64,000 nucleotides of DNA from Antedon mediterranea. Lineage: Eukaryota > Animalia > Echinodermata. The stretch covers positions 11,036,001 through 11,100,000 of the forward strand of contig NC_092671.1 of assembly GCF_964355755.1 (NCBI RefSeq), written 5' to 3'. Positions within the stretch are counted from its first letter, which is position 1. Each line of letters begins with the position of its first letter. The notes beneath the pieces are model-generated. The model was not told the origin of the DNA. It made no database searches and worked only from the letters and a program-made list of their open reading frames with translations. Positions 1-12,322 of this stretch are shown here, piece after piece. Position numbers and translations under genes: made by a program.

Positions 1-130
1 CCCTGCTTTAGGAACTCTAAGTGGTCCTGGGGCGTTTTTTGACATATTTTAATACATGTTAATGCCTCAGGGGCCCCCCATAAACTCCGGGGCCCCTGGA
101 TTTAGCCAGCGAGCGCTCATTACGCCACTG
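1..130. mobile_element. Right end of a small hAT-like non-autonomous element
   Basis: GGGGCCCC repeats ending ..TTACGCCACTG; similar GC-rich CAG..CTG relics at ~23468-23619 and ~55266-55425. Confidence 0.5.
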
Positions 131-448
131 ATCTAAGCTATCCATGCTGAAATGTTACTGTATATCTAAAGTCCAATCCAAGTCAAAACAGCCATGTTCT
201 AAGATCCTAGTTGTGAAATCTAAACTTATCCAGTATTGTTCAATGTTCTTGTACTTTAAACTCAGAATAAGCCATGCCCTAGAATATGATCTCTTCATTT
301 GTAAGAGTACTACTCTAGGATTTTGATCTGATCACCTTATTTGCACAGGTCCTGCCTGAAATCTAAATCTTTCTAATAATAATATGAAAACTCTAGTTGC
401 TGGAATAAAGGACATCAGGCTATAAGTGAATTATAACTAATTTCTTAC

Positions 449-3400
449 CCAATTCGTAGATACATTCTGACACGGTTTTCTGCTGGTACCTTTGGCACAT
501 ACTTATTGGCCTCTGTTAGGTTACCATATTTGTAACACACCTCAACAAATGACTAAAATACACACAACAAAAATAAAAAACATGTAAGATTATCAAAGCA
601 AAAACTAAAAAAACCACAATATATCTTCTTGTATTTTTATACATTATTTGAAATACCTTTCATAAAATCTTTCTTACCTCAAATCCTATAGGAGATTTTT
701 TACTTTTAGAAAACTTTTCTAATTCAATCCAATCTCTGTTCTCAGATAGTGCCTCTATCTTTATTCTCCAAAACCTGCAATAAATGTAAATGTTTGTTAT
801 TATTCTATTTATAGTATTAAGAACAGATAATGTCATCTTTGAGTTTTACTTTTTACTGGAAAAATGTATATGATTTTAACATGTATTTATATATTTAATA
901 TATATAATGTTGAATAACCATACGCAGAATAACAAAAATAAAGCTTTTTATTTCTCACCTTTTATCAGGTACTTTAAATTCTTTCCTTAGCTGTTCAGCT
1001 AATTTGGTACGATTTGTAAGAAGTAGTTCTAAAATTGTGTCATGAATTGATAAGTTCAAATATGGCTGTTTTAAGTCAGCCTCCATGTTTCTCTGATATG
1101 TTAACAGTTTTATCTGTTCTTCAGTCATCTGAAAAATAGTTCACAAAACCTTTATCGATAAGCAGTAAAATTATTAATGTCAATAACAACATTTATCTGA
1201 AATACTAAATTATTAATTAATAATGGTTAGTTAATTAGAATAAATTCAAATTCATTCAAAACAATTTACACCCAAATGGTACTGCATTGGGTCAAACGAC
1301 AAAGTATAACAGAAGTGATTTTAACATTAGGTTACAAACAGCTGGAGTAAATTTATTTGTAAACCAGCCCTATACAAATACCTTAGTTGCAAATTCATTG
1401 TTGCCTTTCTTGTAGTTTTCTTGCGCAACATGTAACATATCAATCTGAGTTTTCACATTTTTCTATAAAAAAAATTTTTAGTTTGTTTCTTGTACATTAG
1501 ATGATAAAGATTTCCTAGACACCAGGAAGGCTACTGTAGATGGAATCCGGTCACCACCAGTTAGTTAACTCGGCCTCAAGTTATCTGGTCCTGTGTCAAC
1601 AATAAATAAAGTATTGACTGAGGCCAAGATGGTTTAGGGTCAACTTGGATGAAAAATCTTAGATGTAGACGTGTTTAAATCCATTGCCTTTTGGGCACAA
1701 ATGTTTGTGAATGGTGCATTACAGTATAAATATTACCTCTGAACCGTATACGCAACTATTTGAGACTTTTATATTTGCCATCTCTAGGTAGTCATCTACT
1801 TGCTCATACAAATTCTCCAACATGTCTGGATTTTGTTGTCGACAATACTAAAAAACAATAATAACAGATTTATCCTCTACTTGACCATACAAATTTTAAG
1901 TTATCTACCTTTTGTTGTCGTCAATATTAAAATTAAACACATAAACAAGCGTAATTATATTGTATCCTACATATTGTTCTCAAAATTATCTAAAAAAAAC
2001 ATTTAATTCCAGCAAAAGCCAAAAACATTCAGAAGTGTATCAAATCCAATAGCATATTTCACTTCAATTTTAATACGACAGAGAGTCCACCCTAATATGT
2101 TTTGACTATACAATTTGATTACAATTTTCAATGTACAATATTGTATTATACGCAAATGACATTATTAAAAGTGGAATGCTGTTTCAAATGTATTTTACTG
2201 ATTTCTGCTGGATGCTATTCAAATAATTTAACTAAACTGTTTTAACTCACTTGCATGTAAAGACTTTGAGCAACTGGTTGGTTTCTTAGTGTCATCAAAA
2301 AGTCTCCTAATTTCTTCTTGTCTTTCATGCTTAATATAACAAGAAACACTATAGAGAAAACAGTTACCATGATAATACCACTTGTTTAATGTTACTATAA
2401 AAGATGTTACTATCATTGTTAACACAAAAGTCCAGTGCCTACAAATTAACAGCGAATACAACTATTTTATTTCAATCCTTATAAGAAGAATTTTCAATAC
2501 TAATACAAGATTCTGGTGCCTTATTACTCTTTGGAAATTATTTAACATATAATATTTTTATTTAAATACAAAGGCCTGTCCTCTTTTGAGACACCTCTAT
2601 TAAAGAACACTTTCCTATGATATGAACAAAGCAATATATATTTTAACATTCTAGCCAACCCCTATTCAGGGGACACACCATACTAAGGGACCACTTTGTT
2701 GGGACCCGAAGGAGTTCTACTGTATTTATAGGTACTGGATAGGTACTTACCTAAATCAGTATCCCCGCTCTCAATAGCCTTGGAAAGAGCTACATCATCA
2801 TGATCCATCTTCATGAGTAAAGGAACTTGCTCAGCTGCCTTGGGCTCATACTCCAAAAGCTAAAAAAAATATCTTAAAATTTACTTATCCTAAAAGTGGG
2901 CTGGTACTGCTTTTATCTTATCATCATACAGGCTATCACATACAAGTTGCGCTAGCTAGTTGCAATTAAATTTTTATGTGGGCAAGCTTAGCAATACAGT
3001 CGTGTCTAGTGCGTCCAGTTTGGTCTTGAAATTAGTCTGAGTTGGTGCACATCTAGTTTATTATATATTATTAATATTTCAAAGGTGACTGAATTAAATA
3101 AAGTTATAAATAAATCTTACCTTTACTGCTAGGCCAGCCCGGCCACATTCCCAAGCCTTGGAAGCAATCTCAGAATAGGAAATGCCAGGAGTATCACCCA
3201 GTTTACTTTGGATAGCCCTGGCAATCTGATCATCAGCAACATGTGTCTGCTGAACCTGAAAAAACAAGCCAACTATATTATTATATTTATTATATGGTTT
3301 TTCGTACTAAATCGAATAAAGGGTGAGCAATGACAATATTTATAGTACATACAGTACATTGAATATAAATTGCAATTGGAAAATAAATTAAAATCTGATT

Positions 3401-6400
3401 TAACAACATGAGTGATACCTTATAACATGCCCAATGACCTAAAATTCTGCTTTCTCCCTCTGTTTCTGGCAATTTCAAATATTTACAGATTCGAACTGCT
3501 AAACACCAATTTCTTCTTAGTATCAATCTATAAAGATCAACATTATTCAATACAATTATTTTAACATAATGTATACAATAATTATGTCAAGAATATGTAT
3601 TGACATTAAACATTACTAATATGTACAAAATGAATCAGATCATGGTGTAATTTATTTACACTCATCCAAATAATAATTAAAAAAATACTATTTTTGTATA
3701 CAAACCTGTCAATGAGAACTGGTAATGTAAGATGCTTCAATCTATGATGTAAATTAAGAAATAACAGGTATGAAACCAATTAACATATTTGTTTCTAATT
3801 TCTTAAACAAATTTGTTTGTGTAACTAATACGAATGTACAATAAGAAATAAAGATTAGGAAGGTGAGTTTTCATAAATATTTTTACTGTATTAAAGTATT
3901 TTCACTAACTGGCATAAAATGAAGATGAATATTTTTTTTTGTAATGGTCAAAATAAAAATCTGAAATTGTTAACTGTACAATAAGAAACAAAGACTAGAA
4001 AGGTGAGTTTTAAAAATATTTTCACTATATTAAAGCATTTTTCTACTGGCATAAAATGAGGATGAATATGTTTTCTTTTTTAATGGTCAAAATAAAAATC
4101 TGAAATTGTTAACTCTGTTGTTGTAAACGCTTGTAAAATAAAGGATACTGTTCGTAGGTTATGGGGATGCCCACTCGATAATCTCGTACAGCATTGAGTA
4201 CACGCAGCATCTGACACATGTTGACAAACATGTCAGGTTTCATGTTGCTAAGGAAACATTTGCCGAATGATGCAGCCTAAAAATCGAATAAGCAAATTTG
4301 TTAATTTAGGTACATTTTAAGACTAGATAAAACTGATAATTTGAAATACTAAATTACAATGTACAGCATCATACAGTAAAGCGCCTCTTATGGGACACCC
4401 CTACAATTTCCCATAAAATGAACAAGGACCAACATATCCAACCATATTCATGGGATAAGACTATTAGGAAGACACTTTGTTTGTCTTCTTATTGGGGTTC
4501 TTCTAGCTGTAGTTTGATTTCAACATACACGTAGTAGCATCCTTTGTGTTGCTGGTTCGTACTCTGCGCCAGCAGCTTGTATACACTGTTGTACTGCCCT
4601 CGGTAGTTGGTCCTGGATCATACGAATATATTCATCTGCCTTCTCACTTTTTTTCTGTATTAAACAGAACAACAAAGATATAAAAATTGTTACTAAACAG
4701 GAATACTCTTTTGTATTTCTTGAAACACTGTACATATTATTTTTATTGTGATTTGATTATTTGTATTAGTCAGATTGTCCTAATCTTTTATCCCTTTCTG
4801 TACATTCAAAGCGGTAACTATGGCTTAAATATAAAATTATATCAATTTCATTACATACAAATGCATTGGCTTTACAAGCATGTGTAATGACTAAAAAAAT
4901 TAAAAAGTAAAGTCGTGGAGTCTATTGTACTGTATATATTATATATTTCTGATGTTAGCTACCTCATGGAACTCTCTGGATGCCTCATACAACATAGCAC
5001 CTGGTGCCATCGAGCCGATTTTGAATATGTCTTCCACCACAGCTGAAAAAAAGAACACGGCTTAGATTATTAGGACAACAAACTACATCTATTTTAAAGT
5101 AAGTATATTGTTAAAGTTGACCATTAGGTTGAGTTGTTGTTGATACACACTACAGAATATTACATCATTTAGCTTAAATTAGGGGGTGGGATCATACTCG
5201 GGCTTATATTTCATTTACAGTAAAACCATTTCAATCTTTATGACATTAAAGAAACATATATCTTTGGTCTGTCAGAAATTGTTTACACTTACTTGGTACC
5301 CGTTGCAACATCTCATGGGTCTGTGTGCCTATGATACGAAGGCCGTCATACTCCGCTACAAGGTGTACGTCACTGTCCACATTGTACTTAACCCAATCTT
5401 TGTCAGGGCCTATCATCACAAGCATGTTCTCCCAGTAAGCTACAATTGCTCCACCACCACACCATGTTAATTGCTTTGGTCTCGTTTTGCTTTTGGTATC
5501 AAACTCACAATGTTTCTTCTGCAAAATATTATGTAATATATTATTCTATAGTTTGACATTTCATTAATGTCAGACCTCTATTCAAGAACCAACTCAACCG
5601 TTTACCTACCTTAAGTTCATGATAGATTTACAGTAAATGAATCACCAAATGAATATAATTATCACATGAATAGCCTGACTTTTTAGCTAAATTACTTTAG
5701 GTCTGATGAACCAACCCAAAAAACACCAGTATCAGCAAATAATGCAAGAAATCGATGATCAAAGGACCTCTATTCTCTCCTATCAAGAACCAACTCAACC
5801 GTTTGCCTACCTTACAGTACTTTGCTCATCATCTGACATCACCAAATAAATATAATTCTCACATGAATAGTCTGACTTTTTAGCTAAATTACCTTTAGGT
5901 CTGATGAACCAACCCAAAAAACACCAGTATCAGCAAATAATGCAAGAAATCGATGATCAAAGGAGACAGACATCTCGATGAAAGCATTTACAGGGGTATC
6001 CAACTCCAATGTCTAATATGGAAAAAATAAACAGATATAAAACACCTATTTGGAACATCCTATTATTATTCTAACACTATGACCTACCTTTATTCAGAGG
6101 ACACTTTGTTGGGTCCTGAATGTGTCCTCTTAATAGGGGTTCTTCAGTATAATCTTAATTATATTGTGTTTTAATTAAATAGGAGCAAATGTGTATACAC
6201 ATTTCAGTTATGACATTTGCAAACTAAATTCTTACCAGTTCCTGATAATGTCCCCCATGGTCCAGAAGGTATAGTTGATTTTCCTTGGCCAGTAAGACGT
6301 GAGACTGCCTTTCACTTGATATCACACACCAACTACTAGGTGCAGCTTCAATACCTGGTAAAATCACAAAACAATGCAATGATAAAGGCTAATTATGAAG

Positions 6401-9400
6401 AGGAGTATGTACTAGAATTCAATTTTTAAAAAAATATTAATTTTACTAAGACCAGTTAAAAAAACATTTCAAGCAATGATAATTAATGAAAAGAGCTAAA
6501 AAACTATGATTAATGTTATGCAATAATGAGTGAAATGTAAAGATTGGATTGTCATGGGACTTTGCAAGTGCTAAGTTTTTAAATAAATGCTAAAGGCCTG
6601 TCTACTGTAGGTAGTAGCTCATTTATCTACTCTTTTGAAACTATGATTGTACCTGGCACTTCAGCCATTCGTCTGAGCCTTGGTTCTTCTACATTGTTGA
6701 CAACAAATAAACGGAAGCTTCCAGTTAAGATAGCTAATCCAGTGCCAGAAAAACTACGGAAAGTCTTGCATTCAAGGATCTTTGTTTCTTTTGCATCCTA
6801 CCAATTAAAACATAATTATTATGAAACATTGTAAAATCTAATCTAAAATCATATCAATGCTGTATAATAGAACCTGACTGTGTGCATTATTATTCATTCA
6901 CATTTAACAGAGAAAAGTTTACTTTCTGTAGAAAATCATGAAATGAGGAGAAGGAAACATGAGTGGGGTTTATTGAATTTTTACTCGGGGTATCCGAGTC
7001 TAGGACTTACTCATTTTCTCCTCCTCTTCTTCCTCCATCTGGACACTTTTGAGTAAAAAGTGCGATTTTTAAAGTACTACTCCCCCCTTATTCATTGTAG
7101 TATTGAGCTGGGATTTGGCATGAATATACTACAGGGACATGTCCTCAAAGCTATAGAGCCGGATTTTTAATTTTCAAACCGAATGCAGCCATATGACGTC
7201 TCGAAGATGGTACCATATAGCCATATTTGGTAGGTTATTGATGTGTATGTGACGTTTACATCCGGTCTTATGACATCATTATTACAGCTTCTTTTGCTGT
7301 ACCTTGAGTATTGCACATTCGTGCTTGTTTAAAGAAATATCTTGTCTTACCTGACCCATTGTAAAGGTTTTCTTATGGCTTCCAAGCATGTCATAAAGAT
7401 GCACTGTACCATCTTCTTGTATGATCATCAAGTCTTCAGTATTGGTCCATGCAAGATGTATGACACGCAAACTTTTCCACTGAAATAAAAGTATGATGTT
7501 CAAATATAAAGAATAAGTAATTCAACATTTTACTATTAATTATATTAAAGGTTAAAAAAAATAGTTATGTTTGTTGGTTGTACAGTTTTCCCTAGTAGTA
7601 ATGGAATATCAATATGACTGGGATTTGTGAGAAGGTTTAAACTACGGGTGTGGGTTTATAATTATATTCATGTAATTGTATGTTAATCAACAGGAGCAGA
7701 TACGACTATTTTAATGAACAAGTCAATTCAATATAATTTATGCAAATCATAACACTTAAGCCTAGTGAAGTATACATCTAAGGATCAGAATAAGAAAAGT
7801 GAAAGAATAAATAATATGAAATTAATGGAAAGAAGGGGCAGATTTTTTATAACCATTACAGGATCATCTTGAGACAAATTTTCTAACTCTATTTTTGATC
7901 CCTGAAATCTACATAGTTACTGTATAATATTGGGAACCAGATGAATTTATTTATTACATATTTTTAGTTTTTCTAAGTTTTAGTTGAATTGTAAAGTGCT
8001 GTGTAATATTTGTTCAATTGTCTAGAAATAAATGCGAGTATGATGAATAACCATGAAGTAAAAGGTAAAATCATGTTATAAAGTAACCTAGGAATTAGGA
8101 ATGTGGCAGAATATAGAATTCTAAAGCTCTGTCTACACAAATAGCTTGACAAAAAAAAATGTCATATGCCCAAATATGGTAGTGATATGATGTCATCATG
8201 TCCATGTGCACATCACATTTTTTCGTCACATATTAAGTTTAATATTGTAGTTTAAGAAAACACAGGATATTCTATTCCACGGATGAATGATTTTAACCAC
8301 ACTGATGTATGAATACAGGATTTTGAAATAATATAATATTACAAGGAACTTTATAAATACACAACAGATTCTAGTTTGGATTAGTTATTGTATAGCTGTC
8401 TTGAAAATATTCCTTCCTTTACTGTACAACAACCAAACAGCTTTTCAACTAAAGACATGGATCTCTGTTACAGGATTGTATTTGTGATATTAACTTTGTC
8501 TTCTTCATCTGCTGATGTAGAGTTTGCTGTAAAGCCACCACTAGAAGTGACTGCTTTTCCAGGACAAAATGTTTTGCTGCCATGCGTTTTGAAGAACTTG
8601 GTTAAAGGGCAAATAGTTATATGGGTTTACACATCTGAGAAAGTAATGGTTGAAACGATTTCAGACAATAGAAAGTTGTATAATACTACAGTTGAAAGCA
8701 TTGCTGAAAATATTTCAATAATTGGTGAAGGAAATAATTTTACTCTATTTTTTCAAATACCATCATCAGCATCTACTAATACTCGTGTAAAGTACCGTTG
8801 TTCTGTTATGGAAATAAACAACAATGCATATAGTGCTGTAGCAACGGCAAATGCAACTGTCAATATAAAGGAATGGCCATTCAGTATTCCATTATGTGTT
8901 GGAATAAATACAACTCTTGTCAATAGAGAAATGTTACAAGTAGGATGTGTCTCAATTTCATCAGATCCAGATGTCACAACATTTTTTAAGTTAAATGAGA
9001 GAGTCTTGTCCACTATGTCAATTTTTAATGGCTACATTATTCATAACTTGACAGTAAGAAAAGAGTACCATGATGCAAGATTTGTATGTGAATCAAAAAG
9101 AAATGGAACAAATGAGATCAGAAGTTGCTCAGTAGGTCCAATCACTGTCAACTATAAACCAGAGATTACCATCTCAAAAATATCACCACTTGAGTTCCAC
9201 TGTACAGCTGAGGCTAGACCAGCAGTGAATGGAACAAACTGGATTGTGGAGTCTAACATTCCTAAAGAAAACTTCAACATTACAGGAGATAAACTGATAT
9301 TCACTAAACAGTTAGAAACTAGTTCTGTTATAGAATGCTGGGCTGAAAATTATATTGGAAAAACAAGTGAAACTTGTTCTATCTTTAATACTCAAAATCA

Positions 9401-11880
9401 AGATTCAAACAATGTAAGCATTGTTTATTTTATCATTGTGGTGAGTCTTCTTGGAATAATTGTTATTATAATTTCCTCTTTAATTATTATCTGCTTTTTG
9501 CGACAAAAACAATTCCAACGTAACAATGACTCACAAAAAACAAACCAAGATTTGAATCAAAGTGGAATAAAAAACAAGGATACAGAAAAACATGTTTATG
9601 ATTATGCTACGATCAATGTCTCTCGGTTAGAAGGTGATTTTGTGGAAACAGAAAATGAAATTTATGTTAGTGGTGACGTCAACCAGTAATGTTAAATTAA
9701 GTAACATGACATCATTGAAGTACCGGAAAAAGTTGAACAGGAAAACTGAGGATACTATATATGATGAGCTTTCTGGAAGAACAATAGATAAGAATGACAG
9801 ACAACTTTGAGCCACAGATCTTGATCTCTCAAATCCATAAAAAATTTAGGAACTTGAACTTGTTCTTCAGTTTGTCTGCCCTCCTCTTGTATATAGATTT
9901 TTTTTTTTTTTTTGAGGAAATTATTAGTATATTAACATGTTATGATCTTTAAAACATATATCAACACTTTTTTTGTAAATAAATCCTTTTTTATCATAAT
10001 ACTGTATACTTCAGTTTGTATATAAAGAGAATTACTTTTATTTTCTGTAAATATCTAAAAACTGTTTACATATTTAGCCTGGTATCATGTCAATTAGATT
10101 TTACAAATTTAAACATCAGGCATTCTTTTTTAAGGGAGATCTGTGAATGTAAGGAATAAAGAAATCAATATCCAAAAAACAACATCTAAAACTGAGTCAC
10201 CATTATATTAGTATACTTAGGTCAAGTACAGATAAATGTGTGTACCTTTCTTTATGTTGAAATGTAAATTTCTCAATTAATATGGCCATTGGTATGACTG
10301 ACTGTCATTTGTGCCAAATCCCACAAATATTATTAAATATTGTTTTACAGAGTTTTATATAATTTTAACCTAAATAAAAACAAAGTACTTTTATATGGGA
10401 TTGATATATGTCATGAATCTTAATTTAATATCAAATGTATTGATGTAATTGTGAATGTTTTTTTTCTGTTTTACTATATTTCTGCCGCAATACAATTTTC
10501 CCATGTACACCTTTTTATATATGGAACAAATAAAGATTTGATAATATAACATTCAATATTACAACGATCTTTTTGATAAATATAGAACATGGTATACTAT
10601 TTGTTTAGTTGTATTTGCAATACTTTCAAATGGAAAAACACAAGATACAGAGGCTCAAGATAAGTCAAATGTATCAGAAATCCAAATGTAAAACATCTAA
10701 TGTTTTTAAACTGATGTTTATACAGGTATTATCAGTCAATTCAGACTTACACTAAATGATGCAACTTGAACACCAACAGACGTAAAAATGTATACAATTG
10801 GACGAGCGCCTCCTTTAACCTGCATAATCTTACTGTCATCCCGAATCAAAGCTAAATAAAATAATAAAAATATTATTTAATTATGTGGTAATTGATTGTT
10901 TATAGGAAATGTGCATATCATACTTAATCAAGATATAAGTAAAGTAGTTCCAAATTTTGTGAATGACGACATCACATTTCCTTAAAATTAGAAGATAAAT
11001 TTATTACTACAGTAAACTTTTCTGAAACTGACACAAAATATTTGTAAACCATGCAGAATTGATTATAGTTTAATGAGATTCTACACGAAGAGGTAAATTC
11101 AGTGACCAAGGGATGCCAATAATTCATCTACATTTTGTAGCAGGAAATATTATCAGTGTATGCTATACTGACCTATCGGCCCACCATATGGGGCAGCCGC
11201 AATCTTAAACTTCTTCAGGTCTGCAACTTCTTGCCATTTTCGATCCATACTATATAGTTCTGACTTCCTGATAAAAAAATGAAATAAAAAACATGAAATT
11301 TAAAATATTAATAGGATATTAAATATAGTGTTCATTTAATTACAGAACTAAGAAATATGAAATACAGAAACATTTTTTGGAAAGAAGAAAAACATTTAGT
11401 TTCAAATCTAATATAGAATACTGCATGCACAGTTCAGTAATGAATCTGAGATATTATTGATAAATGAAAAATAATAATACTAGGCCTAGATAGGCCTTTT
11501 AGTAGGCCTATATTAGTTTTGAATGGCCTAGCTAGGTAGGCTATTATTATAGCTTGTAAAATGTATGTATATCATTCCATCAGGAATACCAGCTAGAGGT
11601 CTAACAAAGCCTACACTGACTACAGCAGTACCAGTACATTTGGCTATCCTCAAGAGTCTAGCCTAGGCCTAGCCTATATCATCACAGCACGGTTATTATG
11701 CTAGCTAGGGCTAGTAGTAATTAGGCCTAGCTAGGCTAGGCCTGGCCCTAGGCTAGGCTTAGTTTTTAGGCTACACACACAGACAGTAATTCAACAGTAG
11801 CCTAGTTTAGTAGGCCTAATTCAACTGTACCTGAAGTAAACCTCTCCCATCGGGTTCCAATCTGCTGTAACATGCCCCAT
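449..11880 (-). CDS. VPS16: Vacuolar protein sorting 16 (HOPS/CORVET subunit); about 21 coding exons in window, 3' end lies beyond position 1
   Basis: Spliced translation starts [17 protein letters not shown] (11880-11831), KSELYSMD...[11 protein letters not shown] (~11267-11173), continues [17 protein letters not shown] (~7479-7351), [17 protein letters not shown] (~5519-5293), [11 protein letters not shown] (~4655-4529), [66 protein letters not shown] (~774-678); collinear with recalled human VPS16 and bounded by canonical splice sites. Confidence 0.96.
3742..4148 (-). other. U12-type (minor spliceosome) GT-AG intron in VPS16
   Basis: Donor CA|GTATCCTTT at 4148; branch-like TTTCTTAAT about 10 nt before the AG, no polypyrimidine tract; splicing restores [19 protein letters not shown]. 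Confidence 0.88.
3835..4113. repeat. Two-copy ~140-bp tandem duplication inside the U12 intron
   Basis: TGTACAATAAGAAA...AAATCTGAAATTGTTAAC occurs twice. Confidence 0.9.
5573..5964. repeat. Tandem duplication (~195 bp) covering the 3' part and donor of a VPS16 exon
   Basis: 5696-5766 repeats 5894-5964 almost exactly, together with adjacent intron sequence. Confidence 0.9.
8457..9689 (+). CDS. Intronless type-I membrane protein with about three Ig-like domains, nested antisense in VPS16 intron 3
   Basis: ORF 8388-9689; first ATG at 8457 gives a signal-like [19 protein letters not shown]; Ig patterns [49 protein letters not shown]; TM segment [27 protein letters not shown]; many NxS/T sites; tyrosine-containing tail. 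Confidence 0.85.
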   Translation: MDLCYRIVFVILTLSSSSADVEFAVKPPLEVTAFPGQNVLLPCVLKNLVKGQIVIWVYTSEKVMVETISDNRKLYNTTVESIAENISIIGEGNNFTLFFQIPSSASTNTRVKYRCSVMEINNNAYSAVATANATVNIKEWPFSIPLCVGINTTLVNREMLQVGCVSISSDPDVTTFFKLNERVLSTMSIFNGYIIHNLTVRKEYHDARFVCESKRNGTNEIRSCSVGPITVNYKPEITISKISPLEFHCTAEARPAVNGTNWIVESNIPKENFNITGDKLIFTKQLETSSVIECWAENYIGKTSETCSIFNTQNQDSNNVSIVYFIIVVSLLGIIVIIISSLIIICFLRQKQFQRNNDSQKTNQDLNQSGIKNKDTEKHVYDYATINVSRLEGDFVETENEIYVSGDVNQ

Positions 11881-12322
11881 ATTTGTTTGGAATTTATTTG
11901 TAATGTTTTATAAAAGCCAACTAAACAACCTAGGCCTAGGCCTCCTACTCCTAGCAGCTAGCTAGGCCTACAGTAACTTCAGGAAGGAGCGAGAGCGAGA
12001 GGAGGGGATCTTCTGTTTTGGTCACATGATTAGATTGCACCATGATAGTTAGGGGGAGTTCCATGGATATGTGAAGACTATACAGTTAGTAAGAACGCCA
12101 TAGTCGTTTAAACAAAGTGTTTAATTGTCATACAATTTAAATAATGCAATTGAGTTTTTCAATTAAAAATGCAGTTGTAAATTGTTTTTTTTTTTTTTTA
12201 AAGTACAGTAGTAATAAAATATGCAGAATGGACCTAGCCAAATATCTGCATATTCATGAGGGAGCCTGGGAAAGGTCACTTTCTCTTATAAAAGGTTAAT
12301 AAACGTGGCATATGCAAAAGAG
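11881..12322. promoter_or_regulatory. Divergent promoter shared by VPS16 and PDIA5
   Basis: Start codons face outward about 440 bp apart; TATAAAAG at ~12288 upstream of the PDIA5 ATG; GGTCACATGAT E/M-box at ~12021 upstream of VPS16. Confidence 0.7.
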
